Shown here: piece after piece, positions 63,640-64,000 of the stretch
Layout of the letters: each line of letters opens with the position of its first letter
How positions within the stretch are numbered: position 1 is the stretch's first letter
Assembly: GCA_965198225.1 (NCBI GenBank)
Contig: CBDAOY010000005.1
Location: 480,001-544,000, forward strand
Direction: 5' to 3'
DNA from: Terriglobia bacterium
GTDB lineage: Bacteria; Acidobacteriota; Terriglobia; 20CM-2-55-15
Length of the DNA: 64,000 nucleotides
Notes under the pieces: model-generated
Database searches by the model: none
The model's input: the letters and a program-made list of their open reading frames with translations, nothing else
What the model was told of the DNA's origin: nothing
Made by a program: the position numbers and the translations under genes

Positions 63640-63751
63640 GCCGACGGAGCCTGTTTCGGCTTCCCGTCGGTGTCAATGTCCCGGGCTTATCTATGTTCGT
63701 TGGCCGGTTTTCAGGTGACCACCATTGGCCGGTTTTGGGTGACCGCCGAGG
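62035..63751 (-). mobile_element. Truncated IS21-family element (left end plus istA)
   Basis: Terminus CCTCGGCGGTCACCCAAAACCGGCCAA with the tandem repeat GGTCACCTGAAAACCGGCCAA. Confidence 0.8.
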
Positions 63752-64000
63752 CTGCTGGGAAGCATTCCCCAGGTGGGTCCGATACGAGCGGCTCAGATTG
63801 TGGCCACCGCCGATACGCCATACCGGTTCCGAACCAAGCGGCAGTTCTGGAGTTATAGCGGTCTGGCCGTGGTGACCCACAGCAGCGCGGAATACGATTT
63901 TCAGGATGGTCGTGTTCGGCGGCGATCCAAGCCGGTGGCCACACGGGGGTTGAACCGGAACTGCAACCGGCGCCTGAAGTCGGTCTTCGTCTCTGCCGCA

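Overview
GC-rich bacterial window; the kinase-TPR protein, PQQ/FG-GAP propellers and secreted-protein tails suggest an Acidobacteria-like host (inference). The left third (1-21.3 kb) holds metabolic and secreted genes: rsgA, hydrolases, a D-aminoacylase, a GNAT and a Ser/Thr kinase-TPR protein. It also has a REP-like palindrome cluster and a DUF3179 selenoprotein (in-frame TGA in a UxxC motif, followed by a SECIS-like hairpin). The rest is a heavily rearranged mobile region. An RT-encoding group II intron (WADD active site) sits in domain III of other group II intron RNA, and its candidate EBS1 is complementary to the conserved domain III motif; the two flanking host-intron halves do not appear to match each other. 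The region also contains a triple IS nest (IS3 in IS256 in IS1182), IS630, IS21, Tn3 and IS110 remnants, and a SNF2-SWIM pair. A ~20 kb segment bracketed by 283-bp direct repeats carries a TA pair, an OLD-like nuclease, a partial T4SS-like module (VirB5/B6/B8-like), RepA with iterons and ParA/ParG-like genes. All calls come from reading motifs by eye; no database searches were run.
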